Below, piece after piece: positions 24,470 to 36,775 of a stretch of DNA of 64,000 nt. Position 1 is the first letter of the stretch. Each line of letters starts with the position of its first letter. The notes beneath the pieces are model-generated. The model saw only the letters and a program-made list of their open reading frames with translations. It was not told the DNA's origin and did not search any database. The stretch is from contig NW_018404144.1 of NCBI RefSeq assembly GCF_002113885.1, forward strand, positions 86,783 through 150,782, read 5' to 3'. The translations under genes and the position numbers were made by a program. The DNA is from Mizuhopecten yessoensis. Lineage: Eukaryota.

Positions 24470-27094
24470 GGTTCGCTGCTTGGCTATTGATCAGCTACAA
24501 AGCTCTCTTTACTGAAGGTGGTACGACAAGTTCAAGCTGGCAATGTGGAGGACGAGTTTCCTGAACTGTTTAGAGGCATAGGAAAGCTAAGAAATAGACG
24601 TGCAAAGCTCCACATAAACAGTGATGTCCCTTCAGTAGCACAATAACACAGAAGGACTCCATTTCACCTCAGAGATAAAGTCAAAAATGCCCATTGTCAC
24701 TCTGCCAAAGAAAAACCCTGATGAGTTCAGACTGTGTATGGACATGCGCGAGGGCAATAAAGCAATACTTAGAGAAAGACATGTGATACACACCATTGAC
24801 GAGCTGATCTTGGACCTAAATGGTGCTCAGATGTTCAGTAAACTGGATCTGAGAAGTGGTTACCACCAACTTGAGCTAGAGGCAGACTCGAGATACATCA
24901 CAACTTTCTCTACACATTTGGGACTCTTTAGATACAATTTTGGAATTTCGTCAGCGTCAGAAGTTTTCAAGGAAATGATCCGACATCATCTATGGCAAAA
25001 ACAAGATTGGGAAGCATGACACCGCCCTGAGAGAGACACTAAATAGGCTCAGCGATAGTGGACTTACATTGAACAAAAGTAAGTGTGAATACCGGAAGGA
25101 GAAGATCTCGTTTTTCGGTGTAGCCTTCAGCAAAGATGGAATCTCGGCTGACCCAGAAACGTCAAAGCGGTGCGTGAATTCCAGCAACCCGAAAATGTCA
25201 AAGTGCTCAGAAGCTTTTTAGTCATGACTAATTATTGCTCTCGTTTTATCGAAGGATATGCGGAAATCTGTGAACCTCTGCGCGAGTTAACTCACAAAGA
25301 TACACTGCGGAACTGGAATGAAGAATGTGAAATGGCATTCAGAAAACAGAAAAACTAGTTATCATGTGACAACGTGGTGGCGTACTACGACCCAAGAAAA
25401 CCAGTTCAGGTGAGGGTCGATGCCAGCCCTATTGGACTAGGTGCGGTTCTTGTCCAGGACAAAGTAGTTTCGTATGCAAGCAGGTCATTGACGCCTGTTG
25501 AATCAAGATACAGTCAAGTGGAGCGCGAGGCTTTGGGGGTCGTGTGGGCATGTGAACATTATGTTACATATTTAAGGGGACTAAGGGGACTAAAAGAATT
25601 CATTACGGATCACAAACCGTTGGAGAAAATATGACAGAAACAGAAACTCCCGAGTCTAAGAATAGAAAGGTTGGGTTTGAGACTCCAGCCGTATAAACTT
25701 AACATCAAGTTTGAACCTGGTGTAACAAATGTTGCTGACTACATGTCTCGACACCCTGTTAAATCCACGAACTCTACACAGGAGGAGATTGCAGAATGTT
25801 ATGTCAAATTTGTGACAGAGGGAGCCCTGCCCTGTGCATTTCAGTTTGATGAGGTATGGGAAGCTACTCTACACAGCCCTACATTACAGAAAACCATTGA
25901 GTTCACCAGAATGGACGATGGTATGATACAAAAAATATTGGAAGATAAGAGAACATTGATATGGAGAAACTAACTGCCTTCAAGAGTGTTCAGGATGAGC
26001 TAACTGTTCAATCTGACAACATTTTGCTGAGGGACCACAGAATCATACTTCCAGCATCACTACGAGATCGAGCCATACGCATTGCTCATGAAGGACACCA
26101 GGGGATGGCCAAGACAAAATCATTTATACGCTCAAAGATATGGTTTCCAGGAATTGACAGTAAGGTCGAAACAGCAGTGAGAGATTGTATGCCATGTCAA
26201 ATTCAACACCGGAAACAAGAATGGAACCACTACGGATGTCGGAACTCCCTACAGGACGATGGGGAAAATGTCAGCGTCGATTTTTGTGGACCCTTGACAA
26301 CTAGAGAATATTTGATGGTACTCGTAGATGAATTTTCACAATACCCCTGCGTAGAACTTTTGCGCTCTGTCTCTACACCAGTACTTGATAAAGTGTTTAG
26401 CACATTTTGTACCCCAAGGACAGTAAAAAGCGATAACAGAAGTCCATTCAATTCAGAAGCTTTCCGGAAGTATGCATTGAACCAAGGGTTTAATCACAGA
26501 CGCATCACCCCAAGATGGTCTCGAGCTAATGCCCAAGCCGAGAGCTTCAATAAGCCGCTAATGAAGGTAGTGCGAGCAGCTCATTATGAGAAAAAGAACT
26601 GGCGACAGGTGTTATTTGGATTTTTGAGGCAGTACCGTACCACGCCACATAGCACGACCGGACAGACACCGTACCGACTTATGTTTGGTCGCGAACCAAG
26701 AACAAAGATGCCACAGGTTGCTGAAAGACAACAGAACGCCCTGCACGAACAGGTTCGCGAAAGAGACAGTAAGAGGAAATGTCAAATGAAATTGTACGCT
26801 GATGCTAGAAACCATGCAAAAGACAGTGATATATCTGTTGGTGATGTTGTTGTAGTGCAGCAGGACATGAAAGGTAACAAACTCACAACGGCGTTTGATC
26901 CACAGCCAAGGACCGTCACGAACATGAAAGGTCCCATGATCACCGTTCATGGTAAAACAACAAGAAATGTATCGCGTTTCAAAAAAATAAACCAATGTCC
27001 AGGAAAGGGACAACAAAGTAAGCAGCAATTTTATGAGGAAATAGAGGAGCTGAAGGAGGACTCGGAAGCTGGTAAACCAGTAAACACTCCATAA
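24470..27094 (+). pseudogene. pol: Disrupted pol (RT, RNase H, integrase)
   Basis: RT: RLCMDMR..FSKLDLRSGYHQ..TTFSTHLGLFRY; RNase H: VDASPIGLGAVL..YSQVEREAL..TDHKPL; integrase: AHEGHQG..CMPCQ, VDFCGP, SDNRSPF, ANAQAE; multiple stops, frameshifts and deletions. Confidence 0.93.
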
Positions 27095-27548
27095 AAACAG
27101 CCTGTTTGTGTAAGCTCTAATCCTACTGTATCGACACACTGCGAGGTGATGCCGCCACTACGCAGGAGTGCTAGAGAGAGGAAAAAGAACACTCGTTATG
27201 ATGCCCTTTGCAAAATTAGTAATGACTTGCAGTGTTTGGGGCACAATAATCCCCGCTAGTCATTGAGACCCAGAGATCTCTAGTTAACCTCGAGTTTTGT
27301 CATTGTTGCGATAATTGAGTATTTCCAGTGTGATGAAGGTTAACAAAAATATATAAGATCTCTAAACCCATTTATATAAATCATTCTTTATTTTTCAAGT
27401 GATTTGACAATGATAATCGTTTACCGAGTGATAAAGACATTCAGTGGAAAGACAATGCAAATTATTATATCATTACATTTAAAAAATAAACTATGAAAAG
27501 TGCAGTCAATGATTATGAACATGTTTTAATTTTTAAAAAAGGGAGAGA

Positions 27549-27720
27549 TGTAATGTCCATCTTATATAATCAGTACTTTAGCATGTACCCAACCGGAACA
27601 CCGGAAGTAACTCTTTACTAATAAAGTGAGTAATGTAAGAACCAGCATGGTCTCCGGAGTTGTGTGTTCGCTATGAATCTACTTTGAAATATATCGGCTA
27701 TCCTCAGAGTCGTTACCACA
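27549..27720 (+). repeat. 3' LTR (172 bp)
   Basis: Follows the PPT; matches 23811-23986. Confidence 0.95.
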
Positions 27721-27840
27721 GTTACTCTCATTGTTAGTAGACAGTTTGGTGACGCTCCTTGTGAGTAGATAGTTCGGTTACTCTCATCGTGAGTAGACAT
27801 TTTTGTGACACTCCTTGTGAGTAGACAGTGTGGTGACGCT
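27721..27840. repeat. 28-bp minisatellite, right remnant (about 4 copies)
   Basis: Resumes in register after the TSD. Confidence 0.9.
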
Positions 27841-28047
27841 GTATTGTTTACGTTTTATAAGTAAATCTTTTTGTAATAGTGTATCCTTCGTTCAAAATAC
27901 AGTTTTTCGGTGTAATAACTGTTTAGTTTTTGTTCACTGTTTGAGAAAGCGTCATTTCTATGTTTGGCCTTATAAGCCTCCGATTGACAGGTGTAACAGG
28001 TAGAACTAGTAAGTATAACGATAGCTGTGGAGGTAAATAAGGGCTTA

Positions 28048-28364
28048 GGAGAAACGGTAGTCTAGTGGTAGGACGCCGGGTTGCGGGTTGCGGGTTGCGG
28101 GTTCGAGTCATGGCACGGCACTGTGTTGTATCTTTGAACAAGATCATTTACATCTGATTGATCCAGTCAACTCAGTTGTAAATGAGCACTGTTAGAATTG
28201 TTGAATGCTAATCTGTGAACGCCTAAATGGCAGCATGGAGTTTAGAAAAATATTGGCTGGTCGGAAAGGCCCTATAACCACGGATAATAGTTTGTGAACC
28301 ACTTTGAGACGACCTGCAAACTAGGTTGTGATAAAACGGTAAATAAGAACCTCGAATTATTATT
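28048..28364 (+). mobile_element. tRNA-derived CORE-type SINE
   Basis: A box TAGTCTAGTGG, B box GGTTCGAGTC, CORE-like TGTGTTGTATCTTTGAACAAGATCATTTAC..CAGTTGTAAATGAG, LINE-like tail ending TATTATT; second partial copy at 1185-1340. Confidence 0.8.
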
Positions 28365-30284
28365 TGTGTTATAAGGTGTTGAAAGAGCCGTCATTGATTG
28401 TTATATACACAACTATTGAAACCTGTATTACTATAATGACCTTAGAGTCACAGAAATACTGCAGTAGGTAGTTATCTCCTGGAATAACCCTATTGCTAAC
28501 CGATATATTCTGTAATCGACTGTTATAGCATCATAGCTTTACTAAATAAACCTGCAGCGCAAGTGACTCCTGATCTGTCACTGGTGTATGTTCCCTAAGA
28601 GACTATTATCGACATTTTTAAATGAATAGTGATATGACGGAGATATTGTGATGTGTGCGTTAGAAGTAAGAGTGTAATTTGTTTGGTGTCTATGTTGGAG
28701 AAGATGTACTACAGTAGTGAGTGCTTTGTAATGTTTTGATGCTTGCACTTCAAATGCGCAGTTACAACGCCCTTTCAGTTTATGAAATACCAGATATCAT
28801 TACACAGCGCTGATTCCGTTTGAAATGTCCCTAATTACAACAAGATCATTACAAAATTGTCCTGTTGAAAATCAACCAATGCTAGACATGTAGAAACGGT
28901 CTTCCACCGTGTATAGCGAGATGAACCGCCGATGATAAATCGAACTAAGCACCTTTACACTGATAGAGCCATTTTCAGACCTTGCTTAACAATGGTTTGT
29001 ATTACACACTGAGACGAGACAAGTTGCGTTTTAACTACTCTTTCAGTCCGTACTACTTTTTGGACTGGAAATCATAGTTTGTTATCAATTTATCAAATTA
29101 AACACTTGACGGAATAATGAATTCCGAACATAATGGCGTAATGTGGCCTAATAATAATGTGACGTCATTATTTCACTCACGGCGTCATTTTGTCTGCAAT
29201 TGTTATATTAAGCAATCTTTAGACGCCATCCAATGTGAATAATTGAGATGGTGTACGACTCATTTTAGACATTACCTTCACATTTATAACAACTAGTTAG
29301 GTACTACTCATGGAAGACTGTAACGCAGATGTTATATGATGACCCAGCGACGATGACCTTTATATACTCAATTTATTTAACTTATATAACCGCAAAAACC
29401 AACCTGGACAGCAGCTGATTCGTATAAACCGAACCAACTCAGACAACATTTGCCTCATCAGCACTACTTGATCCTATTTTGACAAGTGATATAATAAAGT
29501 ATTTTATTCGGAGAAATGGAAACTGATAAAATGAGTTACTAAAAAGCAGGTTTTCGATTTATTGACATCTTCAATATACATGATAAATCATACCAAAGAA
29601 AAAATGTGGGTTCAGTAGTAAAAAAGTAACTGTGAGTTTGAAAACCTAAGGGAGGAAGCAAATGGAGTGAATGAAGTCCTTCCGTTTATATACACCAAAC
29701 AAACACACGTCTACTGTTATACCGAAGTGTGGTTTTCTCACTACTACAATTCTATATACAGCAGCAGATAGATATCGATCCAGTCCGTCAAAACATGTAC
29801 ATATACAAAATATGCATCGGAGAGTCAAAACTTGCTTTAATAAACATCATTACCCACATAACGATGAGGTCGTCTTTATCGCAACATCAGTTGACCACGC
29901 ATGCTCGGTTGTACTTATAAGAATATAATATGAAAAAATATATGATTTCTTAATTAACGAACTAAATTGGATTGACCATGTTCCTCCAATCATTCATTCA
30001 ACATTGATTAACGCAGTCAGCTTGATTTGGCAAATAAACCAATATAGACTAGGTTCGGAATAACGGTCCGTAATGTACCTCCATCTCCTTAACATCATCC
30101 AATGGTGGCATACAATCACAGTGGTGGCATAAAAGACAGGATCGGTGTAAGCGGTATCATATTGGTTGAAATTGTAATGTACACAAAGTCACCATACTCC
30201 CGAATTCAAATGATGACGCGTATGGCAAGCCAACTTAACATTTATTTCAAAAAACTGTATTAGATATCTTATATACTATATAAT

Positions 30285-31615
30285 TTTCTGATATTGGTAC
30301 AGAAGATTCTTCTGATGAAACTATTTTAAAAGAGATTAGGGCACACAATAATGATGGTCAAATTTTTGTTTTAAAGCCTCAACGCAATTGTCCATTTTAA
30401 AGCGAATTGGGAGTTTTTTTAACCAAACAAGATAGACTTGTAATTTATGATTCTTTTCTTGTTTCAAATTTTAACTACTTTCCTTTAGTCTGGCACTCTT
30501 GTTCTATGAAGAGTGTCAGAAAGCTAGAAAAGATCCAAGAAAAAGCTTTAAGGTTTATTCACAACTCACCCTTAAGACACTTACTCAGCGTTACCAACAG
30601 CGACAGGCTTCATGTAAGGCGTCTAAAGGAAATGGGTCGTGAGGTTTTTAAAATTATAAAAAAAATCCCCTGAATATATTCATAACCTTGTAAATATTAA
30701 GATGTCTAATTATGACTTCAGGAAAGAAAAATAATGCAGAGGTGCCCAGGGTCAACACTGTGAAGTATGGACATAAATCGTTTGCTTTTGGGGCCGCCCG
30801 AGTGTGGAACAGTCTCCCAAATTACTTCCGAAAAGTTGAAAACTTCAAAGAATTCAGGAGGCTGGTCCATTTCCGGGATGACCCCATCTGCCTTTGCAAT
30901 ATCTGCAAAGAGTGATACTTCATACTGTGCCCTGGTTACCTCTGCCACCTGACATTTTCGATTGTGTGATACTTTTATTGTCTTATTTCATTACTTTTAT
31001 ATTTTAATCATATTCTATATTTTTGCAGCATATTATTAGTATTTTAATTCCATATATTCTAAAAATATTTTTTTACAAAACTTGATAAATTTTGTTAATT
31101 GATTTCGGTATCATTTTTTAATTCGCACTATAGAAGTGTATATTCTGTCAATTTTTGTTCTTTGCTATGTTAGCATTGTATGTATATTCCACTTTATAGT
31201 GTTTTAATCCTAAGTCCTAAGTAATTCTTGTGTGATATGCAAGTATTCATTCACTATTAACTATGTCTTTTATTTACTTATTCTGAATACTACTTATCTG
31301 TGATCACATTTAATGCTTTTCATATATTAACACATTTTTTTATAAATATTTTTTGTTTTAAAAGGGTCTTATCCCGGGGGCCTTTGTAGGTAGGGGACTC
31401 CCAATCACTTAGAAACCTGGGATATGGATACTTTCTTTTACTGTGACAATTATTACTGCTTTTTGTTATGTATTATATATGTGATTATCTCCCTTTACTT
31501 GTAATATAATATGATTTTGTTATTTTTCATATGTTTGTCGCAATATTAGCTCTCAATAGCTAATGTTTCTTGTTTACCTGTATGCGACGTTAAATAAAGT
31601 ATCTCGTATCTTGTA
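30285..31615 (+). mobile_element. Truncated, internally deleted L2/Crack-group LINE with long 3' UTR
   Basis: YDSFLVSNFNYFPLVWHSCS..LEKIQEKALRFI..; PRVNTVKYGHKSFAFGAARVWNSLP..CLCNIC*; T-rich 3' UTR ending AATAAA-GTATCTC-GTATCTT-GTA. Confidence 0.85.
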
Positions 31616-32649
31616 AGATATCCCTTATAGCTATATAAGATATCTTATATAACCCGATGAAATACAGGATCGACATTGCTCCTTGAATAAATGTTAAGCT
31701 GGCCTGACATAGACGCGCCCTGCCAGATCACCAGATCAGCGGAGCTCTTTCTGTTGGTGAACACCTGAGGCCCCTGATTTCAATCTCAGTAAACATCCCT
31801 GAAACTTAATGTTTGTACGCAAATTGTCTCAGCAGTGAAGTCTGGCTACGTTAGAGCGAGATATTTCAGCTGGAATCACATGACAAAATGGCTGTAACGA
31901 CACTGGTTCTCGGCAATAACCGCCCACACTGTGATAAATGTTCAAGTAAAATCACATATTGATCAACTCAATGGCAGTTTTCAGTTTAGCCCGAAACTTT
32001 TCAATTTTTTTCCAAAAATGTTCAATTCAAATTTCATAATAGCATTTTCCTTGTATTAGGACTTAAAACGCCAAAGAAAAACTACGTAATTATGATTCAT
32101 TTCAAACGCAGTAGACTTTTTGAACATACTGACTTACTAGTTATGATTAAGGAGATTTCGGTTTCACGTAAGACCATATACCATGTTAACTAACGGACCT
32201 TGCATCGTCGGGGCAACGTATAAAAGAGATTCCATATCTTGTAGTTGATAGCTGTTGTTTGTCTAACTCGAATTCATCGATTTTCCAATTTTAATAAGAC
32301 TATAAGCGAGTTTATAAAATTGCCAAACTGAATACGATAGTCAGATAAACTTGGCATTAAAGAACGATCACGAATAGAGAAAATCTTTCAATAACATATA
32401 TTGAGCAAATTTAAGCTTAAATTATTTCAAAAGTTGTTGTCTTCAAAATCAATGGAATGCGTGAAGTAGGACAGTAGCCGTGAACCTAACCTCTAGATCA
32501 CGGTGGTATAAAGACTGGCGCCCTTTATTCTTCCATCCCAATTATATACATTAATGAAGTAACAAACCGGATCCCTAGATTGTACCTGTGGGAAGCTTTA
32601 CGAACAATCAAACTGACGTAATTGTCATCATGTGTTAACGCTTGGTTAT

Positions 32650-34215
32650 GTTTTGTCCTTTTCTTTGATATTTTGACCTTTTAGCTGTATGTTGACGGTT
32701 TTATATGTTTGTTTTTGTGTGTTGATACTTTGACATATGTTGTTCCTGTGTGAAGACACTTTGGTATCTTTGTCCTTTAGTGAACACACTTTGGTATGTT
32801 TTGTCCTTGTGTGAACACACTTTGGAATGTTTTGTTCTTTTGTGAACACACTTTGGCATGTTTTGTCCTTGTGGGAAAACAAATTGGTATAAGTTGTCCT
32901 TGTGTGTACACGCTTTGGTATATTTTGTCCTTGTGTGAACACACTTTGGTATGTTTTGTCCTTGTGTGAACACGCTTTGGTATAGTTTGTCCCTGTGTGT
33001 AGACACTTTGGTTTATTTTGTTCTTGTGTGAACACACTTTTGTATGTTTTGTCCTTGTGTGTACACGCTTTGGTATATTTTGTCCTTATGTGAACACACT
33101 TCGGTATATTTTATCCTTGTGTGTTGAAACTTTGGTATATTTTGTCCTTGTGTGAAAACAAATTGGTATATTTTGTCATCGTGTGAACACATTTTGGTTT
33201 AGTTTGTCCTTGTGTATACACACTTTGGTATGTTTTGTCCTTGTGTGTTGAAACTTTGGTAGATTTTGTCCTTGTGTGAAAACAATTTGGTATATTTTGT
33301 CATCGTGTGAACACCTTTTGGTTTAGTTTGTCCTTGTGCATACACACTTTGGTATGTTTTGTCCTTGTGCGTTGAAACTTTGGTATATTTTGTCCTTGTG
33401 TGAACACGCTTTGGTATAGTTTGTCCCTGTGTGTAGACACTTTGGTTTATTTTGTTCTTGTGTGAACACACTTTTGTATGTTTTGTCCTTGTGTGTACAC
33501 GCTTTGGTATATTTTGTCCTTGTATGAACACGCTTTGGTATCTTTTGTCTTTGTGTGTACACACTTTGGTTTATTTTGTTTTTGTGTGAACACACGTTGG
33601 TATGTTTTGTCTTTGTGTGAACACACTTTAGGATATTTTGTCCTTGTGTGAACACATTTTGGTTTAGTTTGTCCTTGTGTGTACACACTTTGGTATGTTT
33701 TGTCCTTGTGTGTTGAAACTTTGGTATATTTTGTCCTTGTGTGAAAACAAATTGGTATCTTTTGTCATCGTTTGAACACGTTTTGGTTTAGTTTGTCCTT
33801 GTGTGTTAAAGCTTTGACCTATTTTGTCCTTGCGTGAACACGTTTTGGTATCGTTTGTCCTTGTATGAACACGCTTTGGTATATTTTGTCCTTGTATGAA
33901 CACGCTTTGGTATCTTTTGTCCTTGTGTGAACACGCTTTGGTATATTTTGTCCTTGTATGAACACGCTTTGGTATCTTTTGTCTTTGTGTGTACACACTT
34001 TGGTTTATTTTGTTTTTGTGTGAACACACGTTGGTATGTTTTGTCTTTGTGTGAACACACTTTAGGATATTTTGTCCTTGTGTGAAAACAAATTGGTATA
34101 TGTTGTCCTTGTGTGTACACACTTTAGTATATTTTGTCCTTGTGTGAACACACTTTCATATATTTTGTCCATATGTATACACACTTTGGTATACTTTTCC
34201 TGTGTGTTTACAGAC
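32650..34215. repeat. 31-bp minisatellite, about 50 copies
   Basis: Unit GTGTGAACACACTTTGGTATATTTTGTCCTT; block about 33490-33660 recurs at about 33920-34090. Confidence 0.96.
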
Positions 34216-35048
34216 TTATTGAAATGTGAAGGGACTTTTATTAGACGTTTTAAAATGCCATTCCCGATTATAGGATATGCAAGAAAGGTGGAACGTGTGA
34301 AAAGTTTTCGGAGTTAGCCCCTGTCCTCCCATTCAGTTTTGAATGTTTCAAAGATTTGCTGATCCTTTGTGCTACTTTGTAAAAAGTTAGAAGGGAAATA
34401 GTCGTTGAAAAGAGACACGTTGTTTGTAAGCAGAAAACTTGTAGTGTAATACATGTATAAATGTGATCCAAACCTGAGGCACTTCTCTATTATTGCAAAT
34501 GTAATTAGAAAACAATGGCAATTTTTTTTCTGAAACTCAATTCCCGTATCAGAAGGACTTGTTTTATATTTTGTAGTCATCCTACAAACTCTGTGCCAGT
34601 ATTTATTTTGATAACAGTTATACCATTTAAAAGATTCAATTTCAATGTCTGTGTATGCTCGCTTTGCTATGATAGAAAATCCTATCCGCCAATCTTGAAG
34701 ATACTCCCAGTCGCAGTGCAGTCAGGCCGTGCTGTAACCCACAAAATTGATCAAGTCGTTCAACATTCAATATACCTATTGAGGATATTACTCATTCAAT
34801 AGGCATATATATTGTGATGTGTATCAATCCTGTGGTTGTTTCCATCCCCGGCCGAGTGCGCTCCGTCAATCAAAACAACGTTTATTGGTTGATGATGTTT
34901 CTACTATAAAACAAAGTCTTTACAGTTTGCTTTGGATTTCTGCATTTCCGCATCGACCTACTAACCTATTGACCTTCTTAAACAGATATGCGCGTCCTTA
35001 CTTCATACATGTATCTCTAGAGACTGCTATATACTCGCACTACCTGCT

Positions 35049-35080
<32 letters not shown>
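35049..35080. repeat. (AC)n(AT)n microsatellite
   Basis: Direct reading. Confidence 0.9.
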
Positions 35081-36074
35081 CATTATTACCAGATAATAAC
35101 TTTTGTTCACTAATTTAACCAATAATTTGAATTCTGTACCGAGATATAGCTCTCTTATTTTGAACAGGACTGAAAACAAAGCGAACAACGGATTTTGCTC
35201 TGAAGAGAATGCAGCCCAATACTTACATGTTTTTACATGTTTTCTATTGATTTCGACGAATATGTGATAAATTAATATATCAATATGTATGCATTTTGTT
35301 TTGTTTTTAAATTAAGATTAATCTTCACTGAATGGAACAGCCGACCTCAAGATCACCACTTCAGATTAATGGTTTCATGAAACACAACTGCCTTTGGAAG
35401 GTTTACATGTGGCAATGAAGAGTAAATAATGAAATTAAAAATCCAATGTACAGGTGTTGTTTTTTTTTTTTTAATTGGCGTAAGAAGAGTAATGCTTCCC
35501 TAATTGGGTTTGCAATAGTCAGGTGATGTCCACTGCCTTTAAGGCAGGGCCTCAAAGGATATCGTGAAGAGCTCAACAGACATGACTTAGAACGTTTTTA
35601 ATTCGGCGAGTATGATATCAAATCCATCTAAATATCATTTAAGATATGTTCATTGGAGTGAGAGTGGACTATTTGAAAAGTTCACCTTGAATGCACATCC
35701 GTGTAAAGTTTGGCTAGGGTTGAATCAACAGCTTGGCAGTAGTTCTGAAACCCTCGTCAATATTCCTTTCCTATCTGAGTGAATGCGAATTCGGTGGCTT
35801 TTCGGGGTGTTAACTGCAAATTTATCCGCGAGTAGTTTCTGGAAATTTGCAGTTGGTACAAAGGCGTTTACCAGCAACCATCGTTCACTGCCGTCTAACT
35901 AACACATAGCGTTTCTGCTTAACTGCGCATGCGCTATGGCAGGTTGCAGGGAATTTCGTGAAAGGCTATCTCTAGAAATCATTGTTCACATCAATCTACA
36001 TGAGTTTTTGATAAATGGTCACGTGTACATAGAATATGGATAATGCGATTGCGAGGTTAATTTTAAGTTTATAA

Positions 36075-36222
36075 TAATATAATATGGCATTTTTTTCTGG
36101 TGAATATGATTTGATATGAACCTGAAAAAGTAATATTCGACCGAGACGAAGTTAATAAAAAAAAAATCAGGTTCAAATCACATCATATTCACAGCACAAA
36201 TGTCCATAATTGTATATTATAG
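36075..36222. mobile_element. Hairpin-only remnant of a long-hairpin element
   Basis: Arms GTGAATATGATTTGATATGAACCTGA / TCAGGTTCAAATCACATCATATTCAC; loop contains CCGAGACGAAG. Confidence 0.55.
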
Positions 36223-36775
36223 AGTTTTTGAGGACTGGTCACGTGTATAAGATCATGCCAATGTGATTGCGAGAAATTTTCAAGCATATAGTAAAAGCAG
36301 ATAATGACATACTACAGTTGTCCAGAAGGGTCACTGTGTATGAGGGTCATGGGATTATTACAGGGTCCCATATCTGTTCTTGTAGGTAATTAAGAGAAAA
36401 AGTATCGATGCGATGGGTAAAGTATTTCCGTGTTTAATTTTAAATCCTCACTTCTTTGTCTCTGTCAAACTGTGTGTTACTCACTGCCATCTAGATAAGA
36501 AGAAAGAAAATGAGACAGTCATTTTTTTCACGTTAAGAGATGATTTGGTGACCATCTTGGAAGGGGAGTAACCCAGTAACTGAATATCGCCATGTTAAAG
36601 TTAGCGTCTCGCATTCACTACAGTTTGAAATACTGGACGCCGCCTTCTTGGAATGGGAAATTATGGGAATGACATCCCATAGTCACTCGTATTCACCAAA
36701 CATTCCAATATTGATATTGCCAAGATGTCAAATGTATAAAATTGTCACGATGACCCGGTGCTGATAGTGTCAAGG

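Larger units (their letters stand above)
23811..27720 (+). mobile_element. Gypsy (Mag-like) LTR retrotransposon, both LTRs present, internally deleted
   Basis: LTRs TGT..ACA at 23811-23986 and 27549-27720; 5-bp TSD GTTAC at 23806-23810 and 27721-27725; PBS 23989-24000; PPT AAAAAAGGGAGAGA 27535-27548; gag-RT-RNaseH-integrase order. Confidence 0.97.

Noticed and set aside
26612-27139. 175-aa minus-strand ORF
   Set aside because: Antisense shadow of the Gypsy integrase frame.
28048-28115. tRNA gene (also 4030-4094, minus)
   Set aside because: A and B boxes present but no cloverleaf; continues into SINE body and tail.
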